Below are positions 52,292 through 64,000 of a DNA stretch of 64,000 nucleotides, piece by piece. The translations under genes were made by a program, and so were the position numbers. Position 1 is the first letter of the stretch. Every line of letters begins with the position of its first letter. Source of the DNA: Macrostomum lignano (Eukaryota); contig NIVC01002388.1 in assembly GCA_002269645.1 (NCBI GenBank), forward strand, positions 1 to 64,000, written 5' to 3'. Under the pieces are notes generated by a model. It was not told where the DNA came from, ran no database searches, and was given only the letters and a program-made list of their open reading frames with translations.

Positions 52292-52490
52292 AAATGGCAC
52301 TCTGCTATTCAAAAATGGCACTCTGCTATTCAAAAATGGCACTGTGCTATTCAAAAATGGCACTGCTATTCAAAAATGGAACTCTGCTATTCAAAAATGG
52401 CACTGTGCTATTCAAAAATGGCACTCTGCTATTCAAAAATGGCACTGTGCTATTCAAAAATGGCACTGTGCTATTCAAAAATGGCACTCT
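52292..52490. repeat. 21-bp minisatellite (aaaaatggcact(c/g)tgctattc)
   Basis: Read directly. Confidence 0.93.
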
Positions 52491-52959
52491 TGCTACCCAT
52501 AAGCGACATATACTATTAATAATAGAAATGGCAGATTTAGACAAAGCTTTGTTTTCATCAAAAAAAGTAATTAAACAATATTGCTTTGAGCTCCTCGTCA
52601 ATGCTCATATAATAGATAGTAAGCACTTTTAAACTTCGGACGCGAGGCGTTGTATACAAAAAAAGTAAATGCACATATTTTATGATTATTCGTATGCTTT
52701 TCCTAGAAACTACCTGCAGTTAATTATTATTCAATTATTTTATTTTGTACTGTCTATGCTAATTTAACACTGGCTGATAAATGCTGCTGTTTTAAATTAC
52801 ATGTAATTACAATGGACTTCAATTATTGTTCCTATGAACCATTTTTCGACTAAAGTTGCTGCACTGTATAATTTCACACCCCGATTTAGTTAGGGCTCAC
52901 CTTTCAATCGGCGTTTCAATCTGTAGTATTCCTAATAGTTGCTGAGGCTTTTGTCTAGG

Positions 52960-55900
52960 TCATTGCGATTATGGTCATTCACGATGGTCATTGCGATAAT
53001 GGTCATTCACAATGCAGAACAGGTCATTGCGATAATGGTCATTCCCAATGCAGAACAGGTCAATTGCGATAATGGTCATTCACAATGGTTATTGCGATAA
53101 TGGTCATTCACAATGCAGAACAGGTCATTGCGATAATGGTCATTCACAATAGACTGGGTCATTGCGATAATAGTCATTCACAATAGACTGGGTCATTGCG
53201 ATTATGGTCATTCACGATGGTCATTGCGATAATGGTCATTCCCAATGCAGAACAGGTCAATTGCGATAATGGTCATTCACAATAGACTGGGTCATTGCGA
53301 TAATAGTCATTCACAATAGACTGGGTCATTGCGATCATTCACAATAGACTGGGTCAATTGCGATAATAGTCATTCACAATAGACTGGGTCATTGCGATAA
53401 TGGTCATTCACAATAGAATGGGTCATTGCGATAATGGTCATTCACAATAGACTGGGTCATTGCGATAATAGTCATTCACAATAGACTGGGTCATTGCGAT
53501 CATTCACAATAGACTGGGTCAATTGCGATAATAGTCATTCACAATAGACTGGGTCATTGCGATAATGGTCATTCACAATAGAATGGGTCATTGCGATAAT
53601 GGTCATTCACAATAGACTGGGTCATTGCGATAATAGTCATTCACAATAGACTGGGTCATTGCGATAATGGTCATTCACAATAGATTGGGTCATTGCGATA
53701 ATGGTCATTCATAATAGACTGGGTCATTGCGATAATGGTCATTCACAATAGACTGGGTCATTGCGATAATGGTCATTCACAATAGACTGGGTCATTGCGA
53801 TAATGGTCATTCACAATAGACTGGGTCATTGCGATAATTGTCATTCACAATAGATTGGGTCATTGCGATAATTGTCATTCACAATAGACTGGGTCATTGC
53901 GATAATAGTCATTCACAATAGACTGGGTCATTGCGATAATAGTCATTCACAATAGACTGGGTCATTGCGATAATGGTCATTCACAATAGATTGGGTCATT
54001 GCGATAATGGTCATTCATAATAGACTGGGTCATTGCGATAATGGTCATTCACAATAGACTGGGTCATTGCGATAATGGTCATTCACAATAGACTGGGTCA
54101 TTGCGATAATGGTCATTCACAATAGACTGGGTCATTGCGATAATTGTCATTCACAATAGATTGGGTCATTGCGATAATTGTCATTCACAATAGACTGGGT
54201 CATTGCGATAATTGTCATTCACAATAGATTGGGTCATTGCGATAATTGTCATTCATAATAGATTGGGTCATTGCGATAATGGTCATTCACAATAGACTGG
54301 GTCATTGCGATAATGGTCATTCACAATAGACTGGGTCATTGCGATAATGGTCATTCACAATAGACTGGGTCATTGCGATAATGGTCATTCACAATAGACT
54401 GGGTCATTGCGATAATGGTCATTCACAATAGACTGGGTCATTGCGATAATGGTCATTCACAATAGACTGGGTCATTGCGATAATGGTCATTCACAATAGA
54501 CTGGGTCATTGCGATAATAGTCATTCATAATAGATTGGGTCATTGCGATAATTGTCATTCACAATAGATTGGGTCATTGCGATAATTGTCATTCACAATA
54601 GACTGGGTCATTGCGATAATTGTCATTCACAATAGATTGGGTCATTGCGATAATTGTCATTCATAATAGATTGGGTCATTGCGATAATTGTCATTCACAA
54701 TAGACTGGGTCATTGCGATAATGGTCATTCACAATAGACTGGGTCATTGCGATAATGGTCATTCACAATAGACTGGGTCATTGCGATAATAGTCATTCAT
54801 AATAGATTGGGTCATTGCGATAATGGTCATTCACAATAGACTGGGTCATTGCGATAATGGTCATTCACAATAGACTGGGTCATTGCGATAATGGTCATTC
54901 ACAATAGACTGGGTCATTGCGATAATAGTCATTCATAATAGATTGGGTCATTGCGATAATGGTCATTCACAATAGACTGGGTCATTGCGATAATGGTCAT
55001 TCACAATAGACTGGGTCATTGCGATAATGGTCATTCACAATAGACTGGGTCATTGCGATAATGGTCATTCACAATAGACTGGGTCATTGCGATAATGGTC
55101 ATTCACAATAGACTGGGTCATTGCGATAATTGTCATTCACAATAGACTGGGTCATTGCGATAATTGTCATTCACAATAGATTGGGTCATTGCGATAATTG
55201 TCATTCATAATAGATTGGGTCATTGCGATAATGGTCATTCACAATAGACTGGGTCATTGCAATAATAGTCATTCATAATAGATTGGGTCATTGCGATAAT
55301 GGTCATTCACAATAGACTGGGTCATTGCGATAATGGTCATTCACAATAGACTGGTTCATTGCGATAATTGTCATTCACAATAGACTGGGTCATTGCGATA
55401 ATTGTCATTCACAATAGATTGGGTCATTGCGATAATGGTCATTCCCAATGCAGAACATGTCAATTGCGATAATGGTCATTCACAATAGACTGGGTCATTG
55501 CGATAATGGTCATTCACAATAGACTGGGTCATTGCGATTATGGTCATTCACGATGGTCATTGCGATAATGGTCATTCACAATAGACTGGGTCATTGCGAT
55601 TATGGTCATTCACGATGGTCATTGCGATAATGGTCATTCCCAATGCAGAACAGGTCAATTGCGATAATGGTCATTCACAATAGACTGGGTCATTGCGATA
55701 ATGGTCATTCACAATAGACTGGGTCATTGCGATAATGGTCATTCACAATAGATTGGGTCATTGCGATAATGGTCATTCACAATAGATTGGGTCATTGCGA
55801 TAATAGTCATTCACAATAGACTGGGTCATTGCGATAATGGTCATTCACAATAGACTGGGTCATTGCGATAATAGTCATTCACAATAGACTGGGTCATTGC

Positions 55901-56428
55901 GATAATGGTCATTCACAATAGAATGGGTCATTGCGATAATGGTCATTCACAATAGACTGGGTCATTGCGATAATAGTCATTCACAATAGACTGGGTCATT
56001 GCGATAATTGTCATTCACAATAGATTGGGTCATTGCGATAATGGTCATTCACAATAGATTGGGTCATTGCGATAATGGTCATTCACAATAGATTGGGTCA
56101 TTGCGATAATAGTCATTCACAATAGACTGGGTCATTGCGATAATGGTCATTCACAATAGACTGGGTCATTGCGATAATAGTCATTCACAAAAGACTGGGT
56201 AATTGCGATAATGGTCATTCACAATAGACTGGGTCATTGCGATAATGGTCATTCACAATGCAGAACAGGTCAATTGCGATATTGGTCATTCACAATAGAC
56301 TGGGTCATTGCGATAATGGTCATTCACAATAGACTGGGTCATTGCGATAATAGTCATTCACAATAGACTGGGTCATTGCGATAATGGTCATTCACAATAG
56401 ACTGGGTCATTGCGATATTGGTCATTCA
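52960..56428. repeat. ~3.5-kb 34-bp minisatellite (ggtcattgcgataatggtcattcacaatagactg), ~100 copies
   Basis: Read directly; the unit is itself a 15+19-bp dimer of ggtcatt-initiated subunits. Confidence 0.98.
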
Positions 56429-56549
56429 CTGCAGAGGCAGGGTCATATATTGCAAATAAAGCCTAGGATATATCAAGGATTACCTGGGTTAATACTTATA
56501 CAATTTATTCCTTAGTAGCAGATTCAGCACATTTGCTGCCAATTTACAG

Positions 56550-58724
56550 CAGTCCGCCACGCGGAGACCTCGGCGCCAGCGCCAGCAGCAGCAGCAATAC
56601 AGCGGCGGAGGCGGCCGGGATTTGCACTTTTGCACCGCCTGTCGGCACGTCTTCTTTCGCCGCGTCGACTTCCTTCTGCACCGTCGGTCCGGCTCCGACT
56701 GTCGCAGTGTCGACGATGCAGACGACTTGGACGATGCCGAAGGTGCTCAGTGCGAATACTGCCTGGCCAGCTTCATCACCCAGACTGAGCTGTTGAGCCA
56801 TCGCTTCGCCGAGCACGAGTCAAGCCACGTCTGGTGTCCGACCTGCGAGCTGCTTTTCAGCTCCAGGCTGATGTTCAGCCGCCACGTCGACTGCCATCGG
56901 GCTGTCGCAGCCGCCGCCGGGTCCGACGTCGCGCCCGGCCTCGACGAGTTGATCGCCGACTCGCACGAAGGTCACCGCCATTTTGCGCAGCGCCTGACCG
57001 TGTGCCGCTACTGCGAGTTCACCTGCCAGCAGGGCGCCGAACTCGCCGACCACGTCGAAACTGAGCATGTCGACGACTCCACCTACTGGCTGGCGCCGTT
57101 GACTCAGCCCGACTGTCTGGACGCCTGGCTGCGATTCCTCGACTGCCGGGCCGGCTGCGGCGCCAGCGCGGCCGCCTGCGGCATCTGCGGCGACTGGATC
57201 CGACTGGGCGCCTCTGGCGACCCCGAGCCGCTGTTCCTCCATCTGCTGCGCTCGCACCACCCGGCCGAGCTGGCCGGCCGCGCCTTCCGCTGCGTCGCCT
57301 GCCCGGCCGCCAGCCACACGGCCGCCGCCGCCGCGTCGCATTTCTGGCTGTGCCACTGCCAGCGGCACCGAAACCGCTGCCCCCGCTGCTGCCGCATGGT
57401 GGCCCAGGGCGGCCGGCACAGCTGCCAGCATCGGTTGGCTGGCGACCGGCGGCTCTGTCTGGGCTGCGGTCGCGAGTTCGCGTCGCTTAGCGCCCTACGT
57501 CAGCACCGCCTGCGTCCCGGCGATCCTGCCGTGGCCGCGGCTTGTCGAGCGGCCGCCTCGAGGTGCGTAGCGTTGTGTGCAAGACAAAACAGCTAAGCCG
57601 GTCTTCCGCGTCCTTTTTGGATTCGCATGGAAGTCCCAATTGATACCTTTTAATCCCACAACCAGCGCTGAGGCAGCTCTGCCCATTCCTCTGACTCCTG
57701 AGCCAACACAACCAGCGCTGAGGCAGCTCTGCCCATTCCTCTGACTCCTGAGTACATACAAGCGCGCCAACACAGTACGCAGGCACGCGTACAGCGGTCC
57801 TGACTTTCGTATCGTCAGAAATGTACACTCTCTGTGCCTTGGGGGGGGGGGTTGGCCCTCATGGTTGTAAATCGCACGACAGCCTCAAATAAATTTGTTT
57901 GCTCGCGGAATCGAACCAGGGCTCGCGATGCCAATAAGCTTTTAGCATGTTTTTCACCCCCTCTCCAATGTCGCAGGCCACGCCGAGTCAGAGCCTGCGA
58001 GCACTGCGGCCGGCGCTTCCTACACCGGGCCAACCTGTTGCGGCACCGGCGGATCCACGCAGCCAGCCGGCTCTACCGCTGCCCGCACTGCGCCTCGGCC
58101 TTCTCGGACGTCAGCAACCTGGCTAAACACGCCCGCTGCCGGCATCCGGGTAGGCCGCTGCTCACCTGCCACCTGTGCCGCCAGTTCGCCTGCGACCGCG
58201 TGCCGGAGATGCGCGCCCATCTGGCCCACTGCCACTCCGACAGCGTCTGTCCGGCCGACCTGCGCCGCGTTCTTCGATTCCTCGGCCTCGTTGCCGACGA
58301 TGCCGCCGGCCGCAGCGCCGCCAACGCGTCAGCCGACGTTCCCGAGGGCGGCCGGGTGGCGCCGGTTCGCGAGCGCCGCTCCCGGATGTCGGCGAAACTC
58401 GCTGCCGCCGACAATCAGCTTTTACTAGCTGCTCAACCGACGGCATCGACAAAGACGACGGCCGCTATTGAAGCCGCCGTGGAGCGAAAGCGGCGAACTG
58501 CAACGGCCTACAGCATTGTGCAGATGGGCTGCGCCCTGACTGTGGTGGCCACTGAGCCGGCTGCGGCGCCAGCAGCTGCTTCTGCCACGGCGGCGGCGAT
58601 GCCGACAGCATCTGGCGATGTCGACGGAGGTCGCCACGGCGAAGACGACACCAACGTCCAGTCGGACTTTGAAGGCAATCAGCGACAGACAACGAACTGG
58701 TTGACGCTGGAGGATTTAGATTGA
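56550..58724 (+). CDS. Multi-C2H2 zinc-finger protein, 5' end missing. Exons 56550-57562 and 57977-58724
   Basis: CEYC..SF....ELLSHRFAEH, CPTC.LLF....MF.RH, CLGCGREFASLSALRQH, CEHCGRRF.HRANLLRHRRIH, YRCPHCASAFSDVSNLAKH; AG|gtgcgt...tcgcag|G phase match; frame open back to the ttacag acceptor at 56549. Confidence 0.85.
57650..57930 (-). mobile_element. SINE family A copy in the zinc-finger gene intron, with an internal ~46-bp direct duplication
   Basis: acaaccagcgctgaggcagctctgcccattcctctgactcctgag occurs twice (~57657-57752); reverse B box ggaatcgaaccagggc. Confidence 0.75.
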
Positions 58725-58897
58725 ATTGTATTTATTTTGTGCGCAACATTTACTGATGGAATTTGGTAAACTACGTAATTTTTGCATTTTTAACTGTCGC
58801 ATTTTTTAACTGACTGACTGGTTGAGCTTCGCTTCATAAAATATAAATGCTTCGTTTTTATGTTGTGCTGCATTGTTACTTTGATATGGTTCAGGAA

Positions 58898-58985
58898 GGC
58901 CAGTTCCAGTGGGGAATCAGAGCGGGGAGGCCAGTTCCAGCGGGGAATCAGAGCGGGAGGCCAGTTCCGGTGGGGAATCAAAAGA
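58898..58985. repeat. Three ~30-bp tandem units (ggccagttcc.g.ggggaatca...)
   Basis: Read directly; forms the artificial N-terminus of ORF 58909. Confidence 0.8.
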
Positions 58986-59118
58986 GATAAGTCAGTTCCA
59001 GCGGTCGCACAATTCTTTCCTGCAGTCCTCGGTGGGCCGCGGCAAGCTTCAACATCGTCGCCGACGCCCGCTGGCCGCTCCAGTCGGTACATTGTCGCCG
59101 AAAGCGGCGGTAATTTCT

Positions 59119-59811
59119 ATGAAATCGCCAGCCCCGGGCAGGGAAGTCCGACTGCAGTTTCGCTACTATCTGGGCGCTCACCTGGCCTCCGTCGGGATGC
59201 GCCACCAGGACACCCTGTTGAATCGGACTCTGACGGAGCGGCCGCTGCCTCAGCCGCCGATGCTGTCGCCTCGCCCGCCAACCACCGCCGTCATCAGGGA
59301 CCACGCCCAGCTGCAGCCGCCAGCCGCGTCGCCCGATTCTCTCGATCCGCTGACCCAGCAGGGCATTGTCACCCTGGTGCTCATAGTCAGCCTGTGCACT
59401 GTGCTCATGCTGGTATTCTGGAAATTTGTCCGGCATCACAAAGACTTGGCTCTGGAGCGGCACCTACAGCTGATCGAGCGGGTCCGCTTCCAGCAGGCCC
59501 TGCAGGCCCGGCTCCGCTGCTGCGCTGTCGATTTTGACCTCGTCGGACTGGACGGCGTCGGCGGCGGTAGCGGTGGCACGGCTAACGGCGACTTCAGCCG
59601 CCGCCTGCTGCCGCCGCTCCGCTTCTCCGCAGCCACCGCATTCTCATCGTCACTGTTCGATTCGCCCTACCGACTGCCGCCTCCGCCGTCGCCGCCGCCG
59701 CCCTACGACGTATCGGAGGCGTCGGCCTTTTGCATCGACGGGGGCGGCGGTGCCAGGGGCCGGCCGGCGCCGCCCGTCAGTCAGTCACCGCCACCGCCGT
59801 ACACGGCCTGA
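59119..59811 (+). CDS. Single-pass membrane protein with two cytoplasmic PPPY motifs; start uncertain (59119 or 59197)
   Basis: GC-rich coding-like ORF after the acceptor ttcctgcag (~59025); TM GIVTLVLIVSLCTVLMLVFWKF; SPPPPY twice. Confidence 0.65.
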   Translation: MKSPAPGREVRLQFRYYLGAHLASVGMRHQDTLLNRTLTERPLPQPPMLSPRPPTTAVIRDHAQLQPPAASPDSLDPLTQQGIVTLVLIVSLCTVLMLVFWKFVRHHKDLALERHLQLIERVRFQQALQARLRCCAVDFDLVGLDGVGGGSGGTANGDFSRRLLPPLRFSAATAFSSSLFDSPYRLPPPPSPPPPYDVSEASAFCIDGGGGARGRPAPPVSQSPPPPYTA

Positions 59812-59957
59812 CCGGGTGGAGCTGTTTGACTCAGATGTGTGAAGTTTGCTATGGCACTCTGTGCTTGTTCTGTGTTTATTCACATTAGCCAAGCTGTGGG
59901 CTTGGCAGGTCCCGGGTTTTGTGCAGCCTGACGAATTGGCCAGGCAGTTGGACACTG

Positions 59958-61175
59958 AGGCAGACAGACTCTAAGACAGACTCTAAGACAGACAGAGTCA
60001 AGGACCGAGCCAGACACAGAGACAGACACTGAGATAGGCTCTAAGACAGATACCGAGACAGACACTGATACAGACACTAAGACAGACACTAATGCAGATA
60101 CGGAGACAGACACCACGACAAACACCGAGACAGACACCACGACAGACACTAAGACAGACACTGATACAGACACTAAGACAGACACTAATGCAGATACGGA
60201 GACAGACACCACGACAGACACCGAGACAGACACCACGACAGACACTAAGACAGACACCGAGACAGACACTAAGACAGACACAGAGATAGATACCGAGACA
60301 GACACTGAGACAGACATAGAGACAGACACTGAGATAGGCTCTAAGACAGATACCGAGACAGACACTGATACAGACACTAAGACAGACACTAATGCAGATA
60401 CGGAGACAGACACCGAGACAGACACTGAGACAGACACAGAGACAGACACCGAGACAGACACCGAGACAGACACTGAGACAGACACAGAGATAGACACCGA
60501 GACAGACACTGAGACAGACACAGAGATAGACACTGAGACAGACACTGAGACAGACACAGAGATAGACACCGAGACAGACACTGATACAGACACTAAGACA
60601 GACACTAATGCAGATACGGAGACAGACACCACGACAGACACCGAGACAGACACCGAGACAGACACTAAGACAGACACAGAGATAGATACCGAGACAGACA
60701 CTGAGACAGACATAGAGACAGACACTGAGATAGGCTCTAAGACAGATACCGAGACAGACACTGATACAGACACTAAGACAGACACTAATGCAGATACGGA
60801 GACAGACACCACGACAAACACCGAGACAGACACCACGACAGACACTAAGACAGACACCGAGACAGACACTAAGACAGACACAGAGAGAGACACCGAGACA
60901 GACACTAAGACAGACACTAATGCAGATACGGAGACAGACACCGAGACAGACACCGAGACAGACACTGAGACAGACACAGAGATAGACACCGAGACAGACA
61001 CTGAGACAGACACAGGGAGAGACAACGCGACAGACACAGAGACAGACACCGAGACAGACACCGAGACAGACACTGAGACAGACACTGAGACAGACACTGA
61101 GATAGACACTGAGACACTGACACTGAGACAGACACCGAGACACAGACACTGAGACAGACATAGAGACAGACTCTG
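59958..61175. repeat. Compound 6/12-bp repeat (gagacagacac(c/t)) with higher-order blocks
   Basis: Read directly; source of the SV/VCLS ORFs. Confidence 0.95.
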
Positions 61176-61849
61176 CGAGCGCGTAAGACAGCCTCTGCGG
61201 CAGACACCGAGCCAGACGCAGAGCGTAATAAGGTTTGCAAAAAAATATAATCATAAACTGTTTCGTATCGATCGTGCATATTTTAAGAACGAAGAAACTA
61301 CTTATTTCGATCTGTGCGTATCCTTTGCTGTTGTGCACTAGAAATTGAGTTTTTTAAAACATTTTATACTGCACCTTATTGCGATAGCTTGTTGCGGATG
61401 TTTAACTAAGCGCAGAAGTTTTTTATGTAAAGTATTTACAGTTATTTTAGTATTTCAATGATTCGAATAGGCGGTAGTCTCTTCTTATCAGCTTTGGTTG
61501 GATTTACCCAATGCTTCACGAAAATTATTCATCTTTTTTGAGTACTGAACGTCGGCATTTACACCGTTGAACTCTGCCCGTTAATTACATTGGACAGTTG
61601 ATTAATTAATAAAACAAATTCATTTTCTATTATTTTACTGCACAGAATCTTATGGGATAATGTATTGTAAATTTTACATCTATATATTCTTCGTGCGAGA
61701 TGCGCATTGCTGTTGTAAATAATGTTTTATCATGTAATAAATTCAATATCATGCAGCGGCATTCTTGCTTTTAAGTTGCTTTGCTTATTTCAAAGAATTG
61801 GAAATTGTCAGCTTAAAATATGATCTATGTTATCTCATCTCTGGTCTTA

Positions 61850-62790
61850 CTCTAATCCCGCTCTAATGTTAATCTAATCTCACCCTGATCTCATTCTGAT
61901 TACACTCTAATCTCATTCTGATCTCACCCTGTTGTTTCTCTAATCTCAACCTAATCTCACTCTGATCTCGCTCTAATCTCACCCTGATCTCAATATAATC
62001 TCACCTATTCTCACTCTAATCTCACCCTGATCTCACTATAATCTCACCCTGGTCTCACTCTTATCTCACCATGATCTCACCATGATCTCACTATAATCTC
62101 ATTCTGGTCTCATTCTAATTATACTCGAATCTCATTCTGATCTCATACTGATTACACTCTAATCTCATTCTGATCTCACCCTGTTGTTTCTCTAATCTCA
62201 ACCTAATCTTACTCTGATCTCGCTCTAATCTCACCATGATCTCATTATATTCTCACCATGGTTTCACTCTAATCTCACCCTGATCTCATTATAATCTCAC
62301 TCTAATCTCACCCTGATCTCACTATAATCTCACCCTGGTCTCACTCTAATCTCACCATGATCTCACTATAATCTCATTCTGGTCTCATTCTAATTATACT
62401 CGAATCTCATTCTGATCTCATTCTGATTACACTCTAATCTCATTCTGATCTCACCCTGTTGTTTCTCTAATCTCAACCTAATCTTACTCTGATCTCGCTC
62501 TAATCTCACCCTGATCTCACTATAATCTCACCATGGTTTCACTCTAATCTCACCCTGATCTCACTATAATCTCACCCTAGTCTCACTCTAATCTCACCCT
62601 GATCTCACTATAATCTCACCCTGGTCTCACTCTAATCTCACCCTGATCTCACTATAATCTCATTCTGGTCTCATTCTAATTATACTCGAATCTCATTCTG
62701 TTCTCACCCTGATCTCAACCTGATCTCACCCTAATCTCACTTGTATTTCGCTCTGATCTCACCCTAATCTCACTTGTATTTCGCTCTGAT
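61850..62790. repeat. Degenerate 11-12-bp repeat (ctaatctcaccc/tgatctcact) with duplicated blocks
   Basis: Read directly. Confidence 0.9.
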
Positions 62791-62946
62791 CTTGCTTTGA
62801 CATCACCTTGACTTTACTCTGATCGCACTGTGTTTGCTATCTGATCTCTGGAAATCCTATCTCTCTAAGTAGCCCAATTTCAGAAAGCCACCATAACTGA
62901 AGGCCTTATTAAATCGCTTGCATGTAGCTGCATCTGGCTGCCAGTC

Positions 62947-63398
62947 ATGCCCCAGTCTACATCGTTCAGCTTCCTATTTGGTGCTTCATCAGCGGCCATA
63001 ATCTTGTCAACGTCAGATTGCTCAGCCCTAATCAGCCTCGGCAGTGACGAGCAGCTGTGCGCCTGGTCGGCCTGGGCCGCCTGCCCCCAGTGCAAAACAG
63101 TGCGCACCCGCGCCTGCCGCTGTTCCGCTGCCGCTCCGCCATCGCCGCCACCTGTAGGATTCGGTCTGCAGGCCACTACGGTTGCGCCAGCTGAGCCTTC
63201 CAGCTGTCCAGCCGGCGTCATCCAGGGCGGCGAGTGCCCCAGCGATCCGGCCGCCTGTTTCTACGCTGGCTCATCGTCGGGCATCCTGACGCTGGGCCTG
63301 TCGCTGCTGTTTCTGAGCTGCATCCTGCTGGTCTGGCTGAAGATGCGGCGGGGGATCGCCGGCGGCGCCCCGGCTCGGCGAGCCGCCATGATGAGCAG
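62947..63398 (+). CDS. Exon of a type I membrane protein with a minimal TSP1-like motif; continues past the intron
   Basis: Hydrophobic N-terminus, CAWSAWAAC..C..VRTRAC, Cys-rich spacer, TM GILTLGLSLLFLSCILLVWL, basic stop-transfer KMRR, donor AG|gtgagg. Confidence 0.65.
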
Positions 63399-63423
63399 GT
63401 GAGGCGCTGAATTTTCTGTCCCA

Positions 63424-63450
63424 GTCTGTCTTAGTGTCTGTATGTCTGTA

Positions 63451-63505
<55 letters not shown>

Positions 63506-63654
63506 ATGTTCGTCTGTCTGTCTGTCTGTCTGTCTGTATGTCTGTCTGTATGTCTGTATGTCTGTATGTCTGTCTGTATGTCTGTCTGTCTGTCTGTATG
63601 TCTGTCTTAGTGTCTGTCTTAGTGTCTGTCTGTCTGTATGTCTGTCTGTCTTAG

Positions 63655-63697
<43 letters not shown>

Positions 63698-63942
63698 AAT
63701 GTCTGTCTGTCTGTCTGTATGTCTGTATGTCTGTCTGTCTGTATGTCTGTCTGTCTGTCTGTCTGTATGTCTGTATGTCTGTCTGTATGTCTGTCTGTAT
63801 GTCTGTCTGTCTGTATGTCTGTCTGTCTGTATGTCTGTCTGTCTGTATGTCTGTATGTCTGTCTGTATGTCTGTCTGTCTGTATGTCTGTCTGTCCGTCT
63901 GTATGTCTGTCTGTATGTCTGTCTGTCTGCCTGCCTGTCTGT
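63424..63942. repeat. (TCTG/TATG)n microsatellite, intronic
   Basis: Read directly. Confidence 0.95.
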
Positions 63943-64000
63943 ATTCTGTATGCCTAGCTTCTATACTAGACCCAACTCCCTGTTCGGCATTCGAACCTCT

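Noticed and set aside
57563-57976. Intron created by SINE insertion (also 7469-7722)
   Set aside because: The splice sites lie in non-SINE sequence tens of bases outside the element, so the SINEs landed in existing introns.
59880-61338. Ser/Val and Cys/Leu repeat ORFs
   Set aside because: Translations of a 6/12-bp compound repeat.

Overview
Eukaryotic genomic DNA: GC-rich exons in AT-rich, repeat-packed introns and spacers. The style resembles the flatworm Macrostomum lignano; that assignment is inference only. Nine protein-coding loci could be reconstructed by hand from GT/AG junctions. They are a prosaposin-like gene (-), an ORP1/ORP2-like oxysterol-binding protein (-, 7 exons), a TCF19-like FHA+PHD protein (-), a CCSAP-like ciliary protein (+), a GDP-fucose transporter SLC35C1 (-), an SLC17-family anion transporter (+, 4 exons), a C2H2 zinc-finger protein (+), and two single-pass membrane proteins (one with two PPxY motifs, one with a TSP1-like motif). 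Mobile DNA comprises an intact RTE-type LINE (1037-aa APE+RT ORF), a 5'-truncated RNase H-bearing LINE with a 12-bp TSD, a decayed gypsy gag, tRNA-derived SINEs and several MITEs with clear TIRs/TSDs. About 20 micro- and minisatellite arrays explain most of the long spurious ORFs in the track. Best leads: (1) an HDV-like ribozyme core at the 5' end of the RTE LINE, preceded inside the apparent TSD by 18 tandem splice-acceptor-like 17-mers; (2) CpG-depleted blocks between head-to-head gene pairs, with CpG-retaining patches inside them; (3) three RFX X-box-like palindromes, one overlapping the CCSAP start codon; (4) a SINE 3' hairpin with compensatory changes; (5) a minisatellite carried inside a hAT-like MITE. 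Frameshifts in the first 5 kb look like homopolymer sequencing errors. No database searches or folding programs were run.
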